Source of the DNA: Candidatus Nomurabacteria bacterium RIFCSPHIGHO2_12_FULL_37_29 | Lineage (GTDB): Bacteria > Patescibacteriota > Minisyncoccia > Phycocordibacterales > UBA9973 | Direction: 5' to 3' | Assembly (NCBI GenBank): GCA_001785675.1 | Contig: MFUJ01000016.1 | Location: forward strand, 149 to 64,148 | DNA length: 64,000 bases | In this document: positions 27,356 through 36,322 of the stretch, piece by piece | How positions within the stretch are numbered: the first letter of the stretch is position 1 | Layout of the letters: every line of letters starts with the position of its first letter | Made by a program: the position numbers and the translations under genes | Notes under the pieces: generated by a model | What the model was told of the DNA's origin: nothing | The model's database searches: none | The model's input: only the letters and a program-made list of their open reading frames with translations

Positions 27356-27841
27356 CTAGATTGATCTTACTTTTACGTTATTTGTTTTTTCTTTATCTAC
27401 CTTTTGAAGCTTGATAGTCAAGAGCCCGTGTTTCTCTGTTGCTTCAACTTCTTCCGGCTCTACTTCCTGCGGGAGAGATATAGTACGAGAAAATTTCCCC
27501 CAATAAAGTTCTTTGGTAAAATAATTTTCCTCATCGATGTTTCTATGTTCTTCACGTTTACCATGGATGGTTATCATATCACGGGCAATCGATAATTCTA
27601 AATCTTCTGGCTTAACTCCGGCAACCATTGTCTGTACAATAATCTCGACGGGGGTCTGATAAACATCAACAGCTAATTCCGCTTCCTCATTTTCTTCTTC
27701 AATCCAGTTGTTACCATTTTTTTTGTCTTTTCCGTTGCCCTTATTTCCCCCCGTTCCGTTTTTCTTCATTTCCCCTGACTCTTCTTCCGTACTAACACTT
27801 CCAGTTAATCTCTCCCAAAAACTTCTTTTTTTATTTTCCAT
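27356..27841 (-). CDS. Hsp20/alpha-crystallin family small heat-shock protein
   Basis: Alpha-crystallin domain VDVYQTPVEIIVQTMVAGVKPEDLELSI...HGLLTIKLQK. N-terminal Lys/Gly/Asn-rich region. Confidence 0.75.
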   Translation of the reverse strand: MENKKRSFWERLTGSVSTEEESGEMKKNGTGGNKGNGKDKKNGNNWIEEENEEAELAVDVYQTPVEIIVQTMVAGVKPEDLELSIARDMITIHGKREEHRNIDEENYFTKELYWGKFSRTISLPQEVEPEEVEATEKHGLLTIKLQKVDKEKTNNVKVRSI

Positions 27842-27844
27842 AAA

Positions 27845-28528
27845 TTAATTCATTCTCCTTACTTTTTCAAAAAGTAACATAACGATAATAGTAACGACCC
27901 ACAGGAAAGCAAAAACTTTTAAGAAATCATTTCCACTATTCCTTATTATAAAAAAATTAAAGACACTATGCAAGGTAATAGCGAATATAAAGCCGACAAC
28001 AAGATACCATTTTCTCTTTAATCCATCGATGTGCAAGGAAATTCCAAGCGCAATACCCAAAATTCCGCTTGAAACAGTATGTAGAAGAGTGGATCCCAAG
28101 AATCTAAGTTGCCCTGTGAGCAAGCCCACAGTATTTTGACCCATTGAAAATGGTTTTATCAAAAATAATGTATTTTCAAGCGCTGCAAAACCCAAAGCCG
28201 AAGTGATTAAATAAATTGGCCAATCTATAGGTTTATCGGCGTGATTTGTTTTGTAAATAATCACCAAAACAGCCAAATATTTAATTATTTCTTCCGCGCT
28301 TGCCCACAGAACTAGTTCCCACTGGTCAGAGCTTACATGGGCTTGTATAAACTTCTGGATTGGTAAAATGAAGACAACTGCTATCATTCCCATAATGAAG
28401 ACCACAGCAAGGATTCCTTTTGGTTCAGGTTTTTGATTATCTTCTTTAAGCCAGAACCACAGCCACAAAAGAGATGGGACGACTCCGCCCAAAAATGCTA
28501 AACCTAAAATTTTAGGATCATTTGTCAT
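27845..28528 (-). CDS. PrsW-family intramembrane metalloprotease (putative)
   Basis: Polytopic, with ASAEEIIKYLAV (EExxK), LHTVSSGILG and HSVFNFFI (H/FN) motifs resembling PrsW. Confidence 0.5.
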   Translation of the reverse strand: MTNDPKILGLAFLGGVVPSLLWLWFWLKEDNQKPEPKGILAVVFIMGMIAVVFILPIQKFIQAHVSSDQWELVLWASAEEIIKYLAVLVIIYKTNHADKPIDWPIYLITSALGFAALENTLFLIKPFSMGQNTVGLLTGQLRFLGSTLLHTVSSGILGIALGISLHIDGLKRKWYLVVGFIFAITLHSVFNFFIIRNSGNDFLKVFAFLWVVTIIVMLLFEKVRRMN

Positions 28529-30683
28529 TTAATTTATGTTTTGGCCAACTTTCCACCATTAAAAGATTTTTTTTATTTGGTAGCATAGACCAGATTTCTT
28601 CTGTGACAAAAGGCATAAATGGGTGTAGAACCTTGAGTAGGGTAATGAGGTGCATATAGAGAAGTATTTTTGCCGAATCTGCATTTTTATTTTCTAGAAT
28701 TTTTTTCTTCGAACGTTCTATTATAATATCAGCAAAAGTATGCCATGTATAGTGATATAATTTTTCAGCAACAATATAAAACTTATATTCATCCATCTCT
28801 TTTGTAATCTCTCCAATTAGGGAATTTAATTCTTCATCTGTGGCTTTATCTTCTTCATCATACTCTAGTTTCTCTTTAATATTGAAATTTTTTGCATTGT
28901 TCATATTCTCCATAACAAAACGTGCTGCGTTCCAGATTTTGTTTGAAAATTTACTATAGGCTTTTACTTTTTGGATATCAAATTTAGCATCTGCTCCCGG
29001 TCCGATGCCCACGATCATTGACATACGGAGCGCATCAGCACCATATTTTTCTATGATTTCGATAGGATCTATTCCATTATCTAATGATTTGCTAAATTTT
29101 TGTCCTTTAACATCTCGAAGCATTCCATGAAGGTACACTGTTTTAAAAGGAATTTCATCTATTAAATATTCTGACATTAGAATCATGCGAGCAACCCAGA
29201 AGAATAATATTTCGTATCCTGGATTTATGACGCTTGTTGGATGAAAGTTTTTCAAATCTTCTGTTTGGTTTGGCCAGCCAAGGGTTGAGAAAGTCCATAA
29301 CCCCGAAGAGAACCAAGTATCTAGTGTATCTTCATCTTGAATCCAATCGTTGCCCGGATTTTCTCCCACAATTATTTCATCTCCTTTGTAAAAAACAGGA
29401 ATCCTGTGTCCATACCAGATTTGTCTGGAAATACACCAATCGCGGAGATTTTCTATCCAATTATAGTAAACTTTTTCGAAATGACTTGGTATAATTTTAA
29501 TTTTGCCTTCTTGCACTGGATTAAGCATTAATTCTTTAAGAGATTTATTATTTCGAGAAGGAATTTTATGATTTACATTCACAAACCATTGAAGCATAAT
29601 TTGTGGCTCAATAATGCCTCCAGTTCTCTCAGCAGTGGCAACTCTATTTACATAATTTTCATCAATCGATACGAGTAATCCTTTTGTTTTTAGTTTCTCA
29701 ACAATTTTTTCACGTGCATCATTAATTTTCATTCCCGCGAATTCTTCTGCGATGGGAAGCAGCTTCCCATATTTATCAATAATTTGCTCTTTTTCTAGTT
29801 TATATTTAAGAGCGAGCGTGAAATCTTCGTGCGAGTGCCAAGGTGTGATGGTCATCGCTCCCGTACCGAATTCCATATCAATCATCTCATCTTTAATGAT
29901 TGTGGCCTCTATAGGGCCGTTGATCCACTCTAGTTTTATTTTTTGACCCTGTTTATACTCCGCGTATCTTTTATCTTCTGGATGCATCACCACGTATTTA
30001 TCACCAAATTTTGTTTCTGGCCGAGCTGTGGAAATAGAAAAAGGTCCATATTTAAAGGTATAAAATTTACCTTTTTGTTCTTTGTAAACTATTTCATCAT
30101 CAGAAATCACTGTCTGACCTTTCGGGTCCCAGTTTACAACTCTATTCCCTCTGTAAATCAGTCCATCGTCATACATTTTTTTGAATGTAGTTTTGACGGC
30201 AGTATTACGAGCTTCGTCTAAAGTAAAAGCTTCACGAGACCAGTCAAGAGATGCCCCAATTTTTCGGAGCTGACTCACAATAGTTTTTCTACTATTCTCC
30301 ACAAATGTATTTACATGTTCCAAGAATTTTTCTCGTCCGATATCTTTTTTATTTAAACCTTCTTTTTCAAGTATTTTTGTAACTTTGGAATCGGTGGCTA
30401 TGGCTGCATGATCTGTGCCAGGGAGCCAGAGAGTTTTTTTGCCCTGCATTCTATTGTAGCGAATCATAGTGTCTTGCATAGAATCTTCCAATGCATGACC
30501 TAAATGAAGTACGCCAGTAGCATTTGGAGGAGGGAGTACTATTGAAAAGTACGGAGCATCTGATTTTGTTATACCTTTTTCCACACACACATCTGGGTTA
30601 AAAAAACCGCTATCTTCCCACAGCTTATATATTCTTTCTTCTGTTTCTTTTGGATTGTAGGGTTTTAGCAGTTTATCGTTCAT
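28518..30683 (-). CDS. valS: valyl-tRNA synthetase (compact 721-aa form)
   Basis: PPPNATGVLHLGHALEDSMQDTMIRYNRMQGKKTLWLPGTDHAAIAT (HIGH region), KFSKSLDN (KMSKS) and a CP1 editing domain. Confidence 0.85.
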   Translation of the reverse strand: MNDKLLKPYNPKETEERIYKLWEDSGFFNPDVCVEKGITKSDAPYFSIVLPPPNATGVLHLGHALEDSMQDTMIRYNRMQGKKTLWLPGTDHAAIATDSKVTKILEKEGLNKKDIGREKFLEHVNTFVENSRKTIVSQLRKIGASLDWSREAFTLDEARNTAVKTTFKKMYDDGLIYRGNRVVNWDPKGQTVISDDEIVYKEQKGKFYTFKYGPFSISTARPETKFGDKYVVMHPEDKRYAEYKQGQKIKLEWINGPIEATIIKDEMIDMEFGTGAMTITPWHSHEDFTLALKYKLEKEQIIDKYGKLLPIAEEFAGMKINDAREKIVEKLKTKGLLVSIDENYVNRVATAERTGGIIEPQIMLQWFVNVNHKIPSRNNKSLKELMLNPVQEGKIKIIPSHFEKVYYNWIENLRDWCISRQIWYGHRIPVFYKGDEIIVGENPGNDWIQDEDTLDTWFSSGLWTFSTLGWPNQTEDLKNFHPTSVINPGYEILFFWVARMILMSEYLIDEIPFKTVYLHGMLRDVKGQKFSKSLDNGIDPIEIIEKYGADALRMSMIVGIGPGADAKFDIQKVKAYSKFSNKIWNAARFVMENMNNAKNFNIKEKLEYDEEDKATDEELNSLIGEITKEMDEYKFYIVAEKLYHYTWHTFADIIIERSKKKILENKNADSAKILLYMHLITLLKVLHPFMPFVTEEIWSMLPNKKNLLMVESWPKHKLNDK

Positions 30684-30715
30684 TCCTAAATAATACCATA
30701 GAATATTAGGTTTTT

Positions 30716-31909
30716 CTATTTTAGTCTTAAATTACCACTTGCTTTTATATTGGAAGCCTTGCCAAATTTTCCTTTCTTTTTTGCATAGAGCAAGTATCCC
30801 GCTATGCCAATCATTAAAGAATTATCTCCCACAAGTTCTTTTGGGGGAAATAGAAGTTTGATTTTATTACTTGCCTGTCCTTTGACGCGACTTGCAATTT
30901 TTTTTATTTCATTTCTCAAGTGTTGATTCGCAGCCACTCCTCCCGCAACAATAAGAGTTTTTACTTTATATTTTTCTATCGCTTTTTTTGTTTTATAAAT
31001 CAAACATTCAATGGCCGCGTTTTCAAATTCTAAAGCTATTTTTATTTTTGTTTTTTCATCTAGTAAACCAATTTTCTTGATTAAGTAAAGAACCGCCGTT
31101 TTCAGTCCCGAAAAAGAAAAATCTAAATTCTTAGAATGAAGCATTGGGCGCGGGAGGGAAAAAGAAAATAAGCTTTGATGGGACTCCACAGGGCGACGGC
31201 CCGAGGACTGAGTAAATTTTTCAGCAGAAAAATTACGACCCTGAAAAGTTTTATTTTCTTTTTCCCTCTCCCTCCCTTCTTCTGCCAATTTAGATATTTG
31301 TGGACCGCCAGGGTAGGGGAGGTCGAGCATCCGAGCAACTTTATCAAAAGCTTCGCCGACGGCATCGTCCAAGGTTTCGCCAATTATTTCATATCGCATC
31401 CACTTTTTACTGAGTACTAACTGTGTGTGTCCACCAGAAACCAAAAGAGAAAGTGTTGGAGTTTTCACTTTGGGTATGGTAAATTTTCCTTTATTTTTTC
31501 CAAATACAGAAAGTATATGTCCTTCCATGTGATTTACAGGCACCACGGGCACATTCCACTTTTTTGTTAACTCCTGCGCAAAAGTTATGCCTGCCCAGAG
31601 CGCTGGTTCTAATCCTGGACCATAAGTCACAGCTATTAAGTCAATCGGTGCTTTGGTCGTTAGGTCTTGCCTAGCGACGTTGTTTAGATGGGCTTGCTTT
31701 AATGCTTGTTCTAGCAGAATTGGTAAATTTTTAATATGTTCTTGTTTAGCGAGCATTGGATATACTCCGCCATAAGGAATATGGATTTTTATTTGCGAAT
31801 TTGAAATATCCGCCAAAACTTTGAAAGAAGCATTATTAATGCCTCCTTTTGCTTCCACTATACTTATTCCAGTATCGTCGCAAGATGTTTCAATCGAAAG
31901 AATGATCAT
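30716..31909 (-). CDS. tsaD: tRNA N6-adenosine threonylcarbamoyltransferase TsaD (Kae1/YgjD family)
   Basis: MIILSIETSCDDTGISIV and GVAANQHLR. Metal-binding HxxH in NHMEGHIL. 397 aa with an internal insertion. Confidence 0.85.
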   Translation of the reverse strand: MIILSIETSCDDTGISIVEAKGGINNASFKVLADISNSQIKIHIPYGGVYPMLAKQEHIKNLPILLEQALKQAHLNNVARQDLTTKAPIDLIAVTYGPGLEPALWAGITFAQELTKKWNVPVVPVNHMEGHILSVFGKNKGKFTIPKVKTPTLSLLVSGGHTQLVLSKKWMRYEIIGETLDDAVGEAFDKVARMLDLPYPGGPQISKLAEEGREREKENKTFQGRNFSAEKFTQSSGRRPVESHQSLFSFSLPRPMLHSKNLDFSFSGLKTAVLYLIKKIGLLDEKTKIKIALEFENAAIECLIYKTKKAIEKYKVKTLIVAGGVAANQHLRNEIKKIASRVKGQASNKIKLLFPPKELVGDNSLMIGIAGYLLYAKKKGKFGKASNIKASGNLRLK

Positions 31910-31999
31910 GTTAATTAATCAGGGGCAAAGTTCTTTTAGTTCTTTCTTCATTACTATAAATCAAAAAAAATTATTTTAATTTGACTTAATTCAGTTATA

Positions 32000-32386
32000 T
32001 TATTGTGTTGTTACACCGTCAAAGTGCTCCTCTTTCTCGTCCATTTTAGTTTTCTGTATCGTACCATCTTGATGTTCTGGTGGTGAATATAGTGTATAAA
32101 GTTTCAGATCAAGAGAACCAGTGTTTACAATATTGTGTCGAGTGCCTTGAGGGATCATAATTGCTTCATCGGTGCCAAAGCTATGTTCTTCACCATCAAT
32201 TATTGCCCTAGCTTCTCCTTCCTCAATACGAATAAACTGGTCAAGCTTATGAACTTCTTCCCCAATTTCTTCGCCAGGCTTTAGGTTCATTAATACAAGC
32301 TGGCTATTTTTTGCGGTATAAAGCACGCGACGGTAATCAGTATTCTCTTTTGTTGCTTTTTCTATATTGATTTTAAATCCTTTCAT
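32000..32386 (-). CDS. cupin-domain protein
   Basis: VLMNLKPGEEIGEEVHKLDQFIRIEEGEARAIIDGEEH...IPQGTRHNIVNTG is the cupin two-motif pattern. Confidence 0.6.
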   Translation of the reverse strand: MKGFKINIEKATKENTDYRRVLYTAKNSQLVLMNLKPGEEIGEEVHKLDQFIRIEEGEARAIIDGEEHSFGTDEAIMIPQGTRHNIVNTGSLDLKLYTLYSPPEHQDGTIQKTKMDEKEEHFDGVTTQ

Positions 32387-32448
32387 ATTCTTGGTTTATG
32401 TGTTTAATTATAATAAAAAACCTATCTTACAATTATACCACAATCTTA

Positions 32449-32467
32449 GTGCCGGGAGGGAGACTCG
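32449..32467 (-). repeat. 19-bp direct repeat duplicating the 3' end of tRNA-Leu(TAG)
   Basis: gtgccgggagggagactcg at 32449-32467 is identical to 32562-32580 (the tRNA 3' acceptor/T-arm), 94 bp away. Confidence 0.7.
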
Positions 32468-32562
32468 GTCACAGGTCTTTTTCTATTGAAAAAGCCTGCG
32501 ACCCCACCTCGACACGTCTGTCTCCGGCTTTCGAGTCAGCACAAATATATAACATATCTTTG

Positions 32563-32644
32563 TGCCGGGAGGGAGACTCGAACTCCCAAGGGTTGCCCCA
32601 CTAGTTCCTAAGACTAGCGCGTATACCAATTCCGCCATCCCGGC
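32563..32644 (-). tRNA. tRNA-Leu (anticodon TAG), type II
   Basis: Reverse complement folds as acceptor GCCGGGA/TCCCGGC, anticodon stem CTAGT/ACTAG with loop CTTAGGA, a long variable arm, and T-arm GGGAG-TTCGAGT-CTCCC. No encoded CCA. Confidence 0.75.
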
Positions 32645-32766
32645 AAAAATCAAACCGTTTCGCACAAAGTGCGTTAGCACTTTGTGCGCCTAATTGTAGC
32701 AAATTGGAACCTTATTTTCAATCAAATAAAGGGTTTTTCGTTTGTTTAGTAAAAAATTAAATTTTT

Positions 32767-33127
32767 ATGTTTGCCATTTACAGTTTATACATTTTATGTT
32801 ATAAGCTATTTGAAGGAGTCAAGATCTTGGGACAAAATTTCGCAGCGATGTGTTATGTGGCGGCCGCAGTCCGAGCTGGACAATTACCAGACAAAGATCG
32901 TACTGACGCCGAAATACAGGCGTTGTTCACGGCAAGTTGTCAGACCCTACCACCATGCCCCAAATGCAATCGGACAATGGTCAGTAGCGGGGGTCAATTT
33001 CACTGCACCGTTCACGGCGATCCGACGCTGTTACCCAACGAGGAAGTTAGTGACGAGGCGTGGATGGGAGCAGAACGTAACCGTCTATAATTCAAAAGGG
33101 TCGAGAGTCTCATACTCTCAAGGATAG
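32767..33127. other. GC-rich ~400-bp segment open in two overlapping + frames; candidate structured ncRNA or small Zn-ribbon protein
   Basis: About 50% GC against about 33% in the flanks. ORFs of 107 and 118 aa lie in frames +1 and +2 over the same DNA. The first contains CPKCNRTM...HCTVHG. Sits inside a minus-strand tRNA cluster. No RNase P, tmRNA or SRP core motifs found by eye. Confidence 0.3.
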
Positions 33128-33325
33128 CCAGACACACCGAAAGGAGGTAAGGTGCCTGGCTATTTTCAATTTCAACACAGAATGATTTTGTGGTCAGGAA
33201 TAATTTTGTTTTTGTCAAAACAAAATTTTCACGACCCTGCCTCGTCTATTTTTTCTGCTGAAAAAATATGACTCCGGCTCGCACAGCTAAAAAATCTACA
33301 GAAGTGCAGATTTTTCTTTACGCTG

Positions 33326-33398
33326 TGCGCCCAGTAGGGATCGAACCTACGACATTCTCCTTAAGAGGGAGCTACTCTACCAGCTGAGTTATGGGCGC
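33326..33398 (-). tRNA. tRNA-Lys (anticodon CTT)
   Basis: Reverse complement GCGCCCA-TA-ACTC-AGCTGGTAG-AGT...GCTCC-CTCTTAA-GGAGA...GTAGG-TTCGATC-CCTAC-TGGGCGC-A. 73 nt. Confidence 0.75.
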
Positions 33399-33508
33399 AT
33401 ATAATACATTTATCTTCTATCTTCTAATTTCAAACTACATTTACTAATATCTCGTCCTACCAAAACACTTATGGGCGCAAAAAATTTAATTTTCAAAAAA
33501 CTCTCAAG

Positions 33509-33590
33509 TGCCCGAGGTGGGAATCGAACCCACATCCCTTACGAGACACGATTTTAAGTCGTGCGCGTATACCAATTCCGCCACTCGGGC
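33509..33590 (-). tRNA. tRNA-Leu (anticodon TAA), type II
   Basis: Reverse complement GCCCGAG...CACGA-CTTAAAA-TCGTG, long variable arm, GTGGG-TTCGATT-CCCAC, acceptor 3' CTCGGGC and discriminator A. 82 nt. Confidence 0.75.
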
Positions 33591-33607
33591 ATATTTATTT
33601 TGCCTGG

Positions 33608-33679
33608 AGGCCTGGGGCGGAATTGAACCGCCGTATATTCCTTTTGCAGAGGAATGCCTTACCACTTGGCTACCAGGCC
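33608..33679 (-). tRNA. tRNA-Cys (anticodon GCA)
   Basis: Reverse complement GGCCTGG-TA-GCC-AAGTGGTAA-GGC...TTCCT-CTGCAAA-AGGAA...GGCGG-TTCAATT-CCGCC-CCAGGCC-T. Discriminator U, as expected for Cys. 72 nt. Confidence 0.75.
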
Positions 33680-33720
33680 GATATCATATTTAACAAAACT
33701 TTAACTTATTAATCTTAAAA

Positions 33721-33776
33721 CCTCTGCGCAGAGGAATGGCATATTCGCTACGCTCACGCCACTTGGCTACCAGGCC
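33721..33776 (-). pseudogene. tRNA-Cys 5'-half-like fragment
   Basis: The reverse complement begins GGCCTGGTAGCCAAGTGG, identical to the first 18 nt of tRNA-Cys about 90 bp away. It then diverges into CGTGAGCGTAGCGAATATGCCATTCCTCTGCGCAGAGG and ends in the palindrome cctctgcgcagagg. No T-arm or acceptor 3' strand. Confidence 0.5.
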
Positions 33777-33809
33777 ATTTTCAAACTATAACCTATAACC
33801 AACAACCTA

Positions 33810-34133
33810 TCAACCGTTCCGAAGCAGTTCGTCAATTTTTTGTCTATTCTTTTCGCCGAGATCTATGGCAAAGTCAACGAAAGGAACATTTTTTGTTGCC
33901 ATATTCTTTTTCAAGAATTCACGGAATTCTTTCCTTTTTCTTTTTGCAAAGAGGAACGCTGTATGTTCTTTAGAAAGTGGGAGTACTGTGATAAATATAG
34001 TCGTGCGTTTTAAGTCCGGGGAGGTGGTAGCAGAGGTTACAGTAATAAGGGAAGTTCTATTATTTTCACGTGCCAAAAATCTTGCAGCAAGCTCTTTTAT
34101 ATAATTCGCTACCTTCTCATTTCTTTGTGTCAT
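33810..34133 (-). CDS. rbfA: ribosome-binding factor A
   Basis: 107 aa. RNEKVANYIKELAARFLAREN...TSLITVTSATTSPDLKRTTIFITVL is RbfA KH-like. Located immediately downstream of infB, the conserved gene order. Confidence 0.7.
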   Translation of the reverse strand: MTQRNEKVANYIKELAARFLARENNRTSLITVTSATTSPDLKRTTIFITVLPLSKEHTAFLFAKRKRKEFREFLKKNMATKNVPFVDFAIDLGEKNRQKIDELLRNG

Positions 34134-34167
34134 TTTAATTATGAGTAAACGAAAATTTAAAATTTTT

Positions 34168-35718
34168 TTACATCTGCGCTACTCTAAATAATTCTATAAT
34201 ATCGCCTTGCGCAATCTCTATTTTTGATTCAATCATCATGCCGAATTCGTTTCCTTCGTCTACTTCTTTTGTTTTTATTTTATTCTTTTCCAGATTTACA
34301 ATTTTTCCGCGTCCAATTTCAAATTCTCGGCGCATAATTCTAACTGTTCCATTTAAAATAATTTTGCCCTCTGTCACTTTTCCACCCACTATTTGGCGAT
34401 CCTTGGTGCGACTGAAAGCCCGAATGATTTTCGCCCGGCCTGTCGTCTCCATTGTTTCAATTCTGGGTCTTAACTTTTCCATTTGTATTTCAAGCCATTC
34501 TGTCATTTTGTAAATAATGTCAAAAAAAGAAATAGTAATTCCTCTTTTTTCTGCTATCTCAATGGCACTTTTATCTGTTTTTACATTGAATCCAATTATT
34601 ATTACATTTTCGCCATTTGATAAGTTCTTTACGTCTGATTCTGAAATGGGTCCCACGCCTTTACCTATGATTTTAAATTCCGCTCCCTCATTTTTTATTT
34701 TGGCAATTTCTTTTTCAATGGCTTCGAGCGTGCCAGACACATCAGCTTTTAGTATTATTGGGATTATTTTTTTATCTTGATTCTTGTCGGGACTTTGGTG
34801 TTGATTGGGGTCTTCTTCTCTATTTCTCGTTTGCCAATTTTCAGCATCTTTTTCAGCATCTTTTTTATTTTTAAAAGTTTTAAAACAGCTTCCGACTTTC
34901 GGTATTTTATTAAAGCCGAAAATGCGTATTGGAGAAGAGAAAGACATTTCGTCTATGATCACTCCTTTATAATTTTCCATTATGCGTGTAGAGCAAATAC
35001 TATCTTCCACGACGACCGTCATTCCTTTTTTTAGGGATCCATTTTTTATAATTAGAGTTGCCAGTATTCCGCGCCTAGAATCAAGATTTGCTTCAATTAC
35101 GAAACCAGACGCATCTTCGTTTGGATTTCCGTTGAAATTTTCCATTTCCGCTACAATCAGAATCAATGATAATAAATTATCTATACCCGTGCCAATTTTG
35201 GCGGAAATTTCCGCATAAGGAATTTTGCCTCCGTAATTTTCCAAATAAATTTCACTTTCGGCTAATTCAGTTTTTGTTTTTTCAATATTGGCTCCCGGTT
35301 TATCTATTTTATTTATTGCCACAATACAGGGGAGTTTGCCCTCCGTGATTGTTTTCCAAGCTTCAATAGTTTGGGGTTTTACACCATCTTCAGCTGATAC
35401 TACCAAAACAGCAATATCAGCAATTTGCGCTCCGCGTTGTCGCATTTTCGAAAAAGCTTCATGTCCTGGTGTGTCCAAAAAAGTTATTTTTCGCGACCAG
35501 GATTCCCCTGGTGTCGGTATTTCTACCTCATAAGCGGAAATGTTTTGAGTTATACCCCCGATCTCTTTTTCTGCTATATTTGTTTTTCTGATATAGTCAA
35601 GCAATGTTGATTTACCGTGATCAATATGACCCATAACCACTACCACTGGCGGCCTCGCCTGTAAGCCTGTGGCCGAAGGGCGAGCTATTCTATTTTGTTT
35701 TGTATTATTTTTCTCCAT
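34168..35718 (-). CDS. infB: translation initiation factor IF-2 (short form)
   Basis: [43 protein letters not shown]. The G-domain is followed by beta-barrel domains. 516 aa. Confidence 0.85.
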   Translation of the reverse strand: MEKNNTKQNRIARPSATGLQARPPVVVVMGHIDHGKSTLLDYIRKTNIAEKEIGGITQNISAYEVEIPTPGESWSRKITFLDTPGHEAFSKMRQRGAQIADIAVLVVSAEDGVKPQTIEAWKTITEGKLPCIVAINKIDKPGANIEKTKTELAESEIYLENYGGKIPYAEISAKIGTGIDNLLSLILIVAEMENFNGNPNEDASGFVIEANLDSRRGILATLIIKNGSLKKGMTVVVEDSICSTRIMENYKGVIIDEMSFSSPIRIFGFNKIPKVGSCFKTFKNKKDAEKDAENWQTRNREEDPNQHQSPDKNQDKKIIPIILKADVSGTLEAIEKEIAKIKNEGAEFKIIGKGVGPISESDVKNLSNGENVIIIGFNVKTDKSAIEIAEKRGITISFFDIIYKMTEWLEIQMEKLRPRIETMETTGRAKIIRAFSRTKDRQIVGGKVTEGKIILNGTVRIMRREFEIGRGKIVNLEKNKIKTKEVDEGNEFGMMIESKIEIAQGDIIELFRVAQM

Positions 35719-35821
35719 GAATTATCCCAGATTGTAAGATTTTAGAGCACGGATATTTTTTTGCTAAAAAAATCCTCGTGTTAGCTTACGTTGCGCTTGC
35801 AAGTCTCCAAAACCCTACAGC

Positions 35822-36298
35822 CTACCTTGATACCACTTCCGCTTTTTTCAATGCTTCTTTTTCTTCAGCCGAAAGCTCGTACTCTGATTTGTTATTTTTA
35901 ATAGATTTAGCAAATACGCTCATTCGTTCACGAGAATATAAACTTGAAATTACCACACCATCACCATCTTCATTCAGCATTCCAATTGCAAAGCTTTGAT
36001 TGCTACCCTGATCAGGGAAAGGATTAAAGCGTATGGTCTCAAGTCCGCGGATACTTTTTCTTAGTTTTTCATTAATTAGAACAATATCTTTTTGCATAAA
36101 CTCTTTCGTTTTATTTAATTCCGTAATATTTTTTTCTAAACCCAGGATAGTATCCTCTAAATCTTTCGCTTTTTTACCAAGGAAAAATCTTTTTAAACGT
36201 TTCTCTGTAATGATAATCCAAATAGTGATAATGGTTACCACTATTCCAATTAAAATAAAAAAAACCAAGAAAAAAACACTGTCGAGCTTTATATTCAT
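35822..36298 (-). CDS. hypothetical membrane-anchored coiled-coil protein
   Basis: N-terminal TM helix (VFFLVFFILIGIVVTIITIWIII) and a coiled coil. No known domain. Confidence 0.35.
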   Translation of the reverse strand: MNIKLDSVFFLVFFILIGIVVTIITIWIIITEKRLKRFFLGKKAKDLEDTILGLEKNITELNKTKEFMQKDIVLINEKLRKSIRGLETIRFNPFPDQGSNQSFAIGMLNEDGDGVVISSLYSRERMSVFAKSIKNNKSEYELSAEEKEALKKAEVVSR

Positions 36299-36322
36299 AC
36301 GAGGATAATATATACTATTTTT

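Noticed and set aside
32760-33130. RNase P RNA or tmRNA in the GC-rich segment
   Set aside because: I could not find the GGAAAGUCCGG/ACAGAA.CCGGCUUA P4 pair, the tmRNA tag reading frame or a tRNA-like 3' domain on either strand by eye. Kept only as an unassigned candidate ncRNA or small ORF.
34238-35610. Chain of 60-90-aa + strand ORFs opposite infB, and similar ones opposite valS, clpB and copA
   Set aside because: Shadow ORFs on the antisense strand of well-supported long genes. No motifs.
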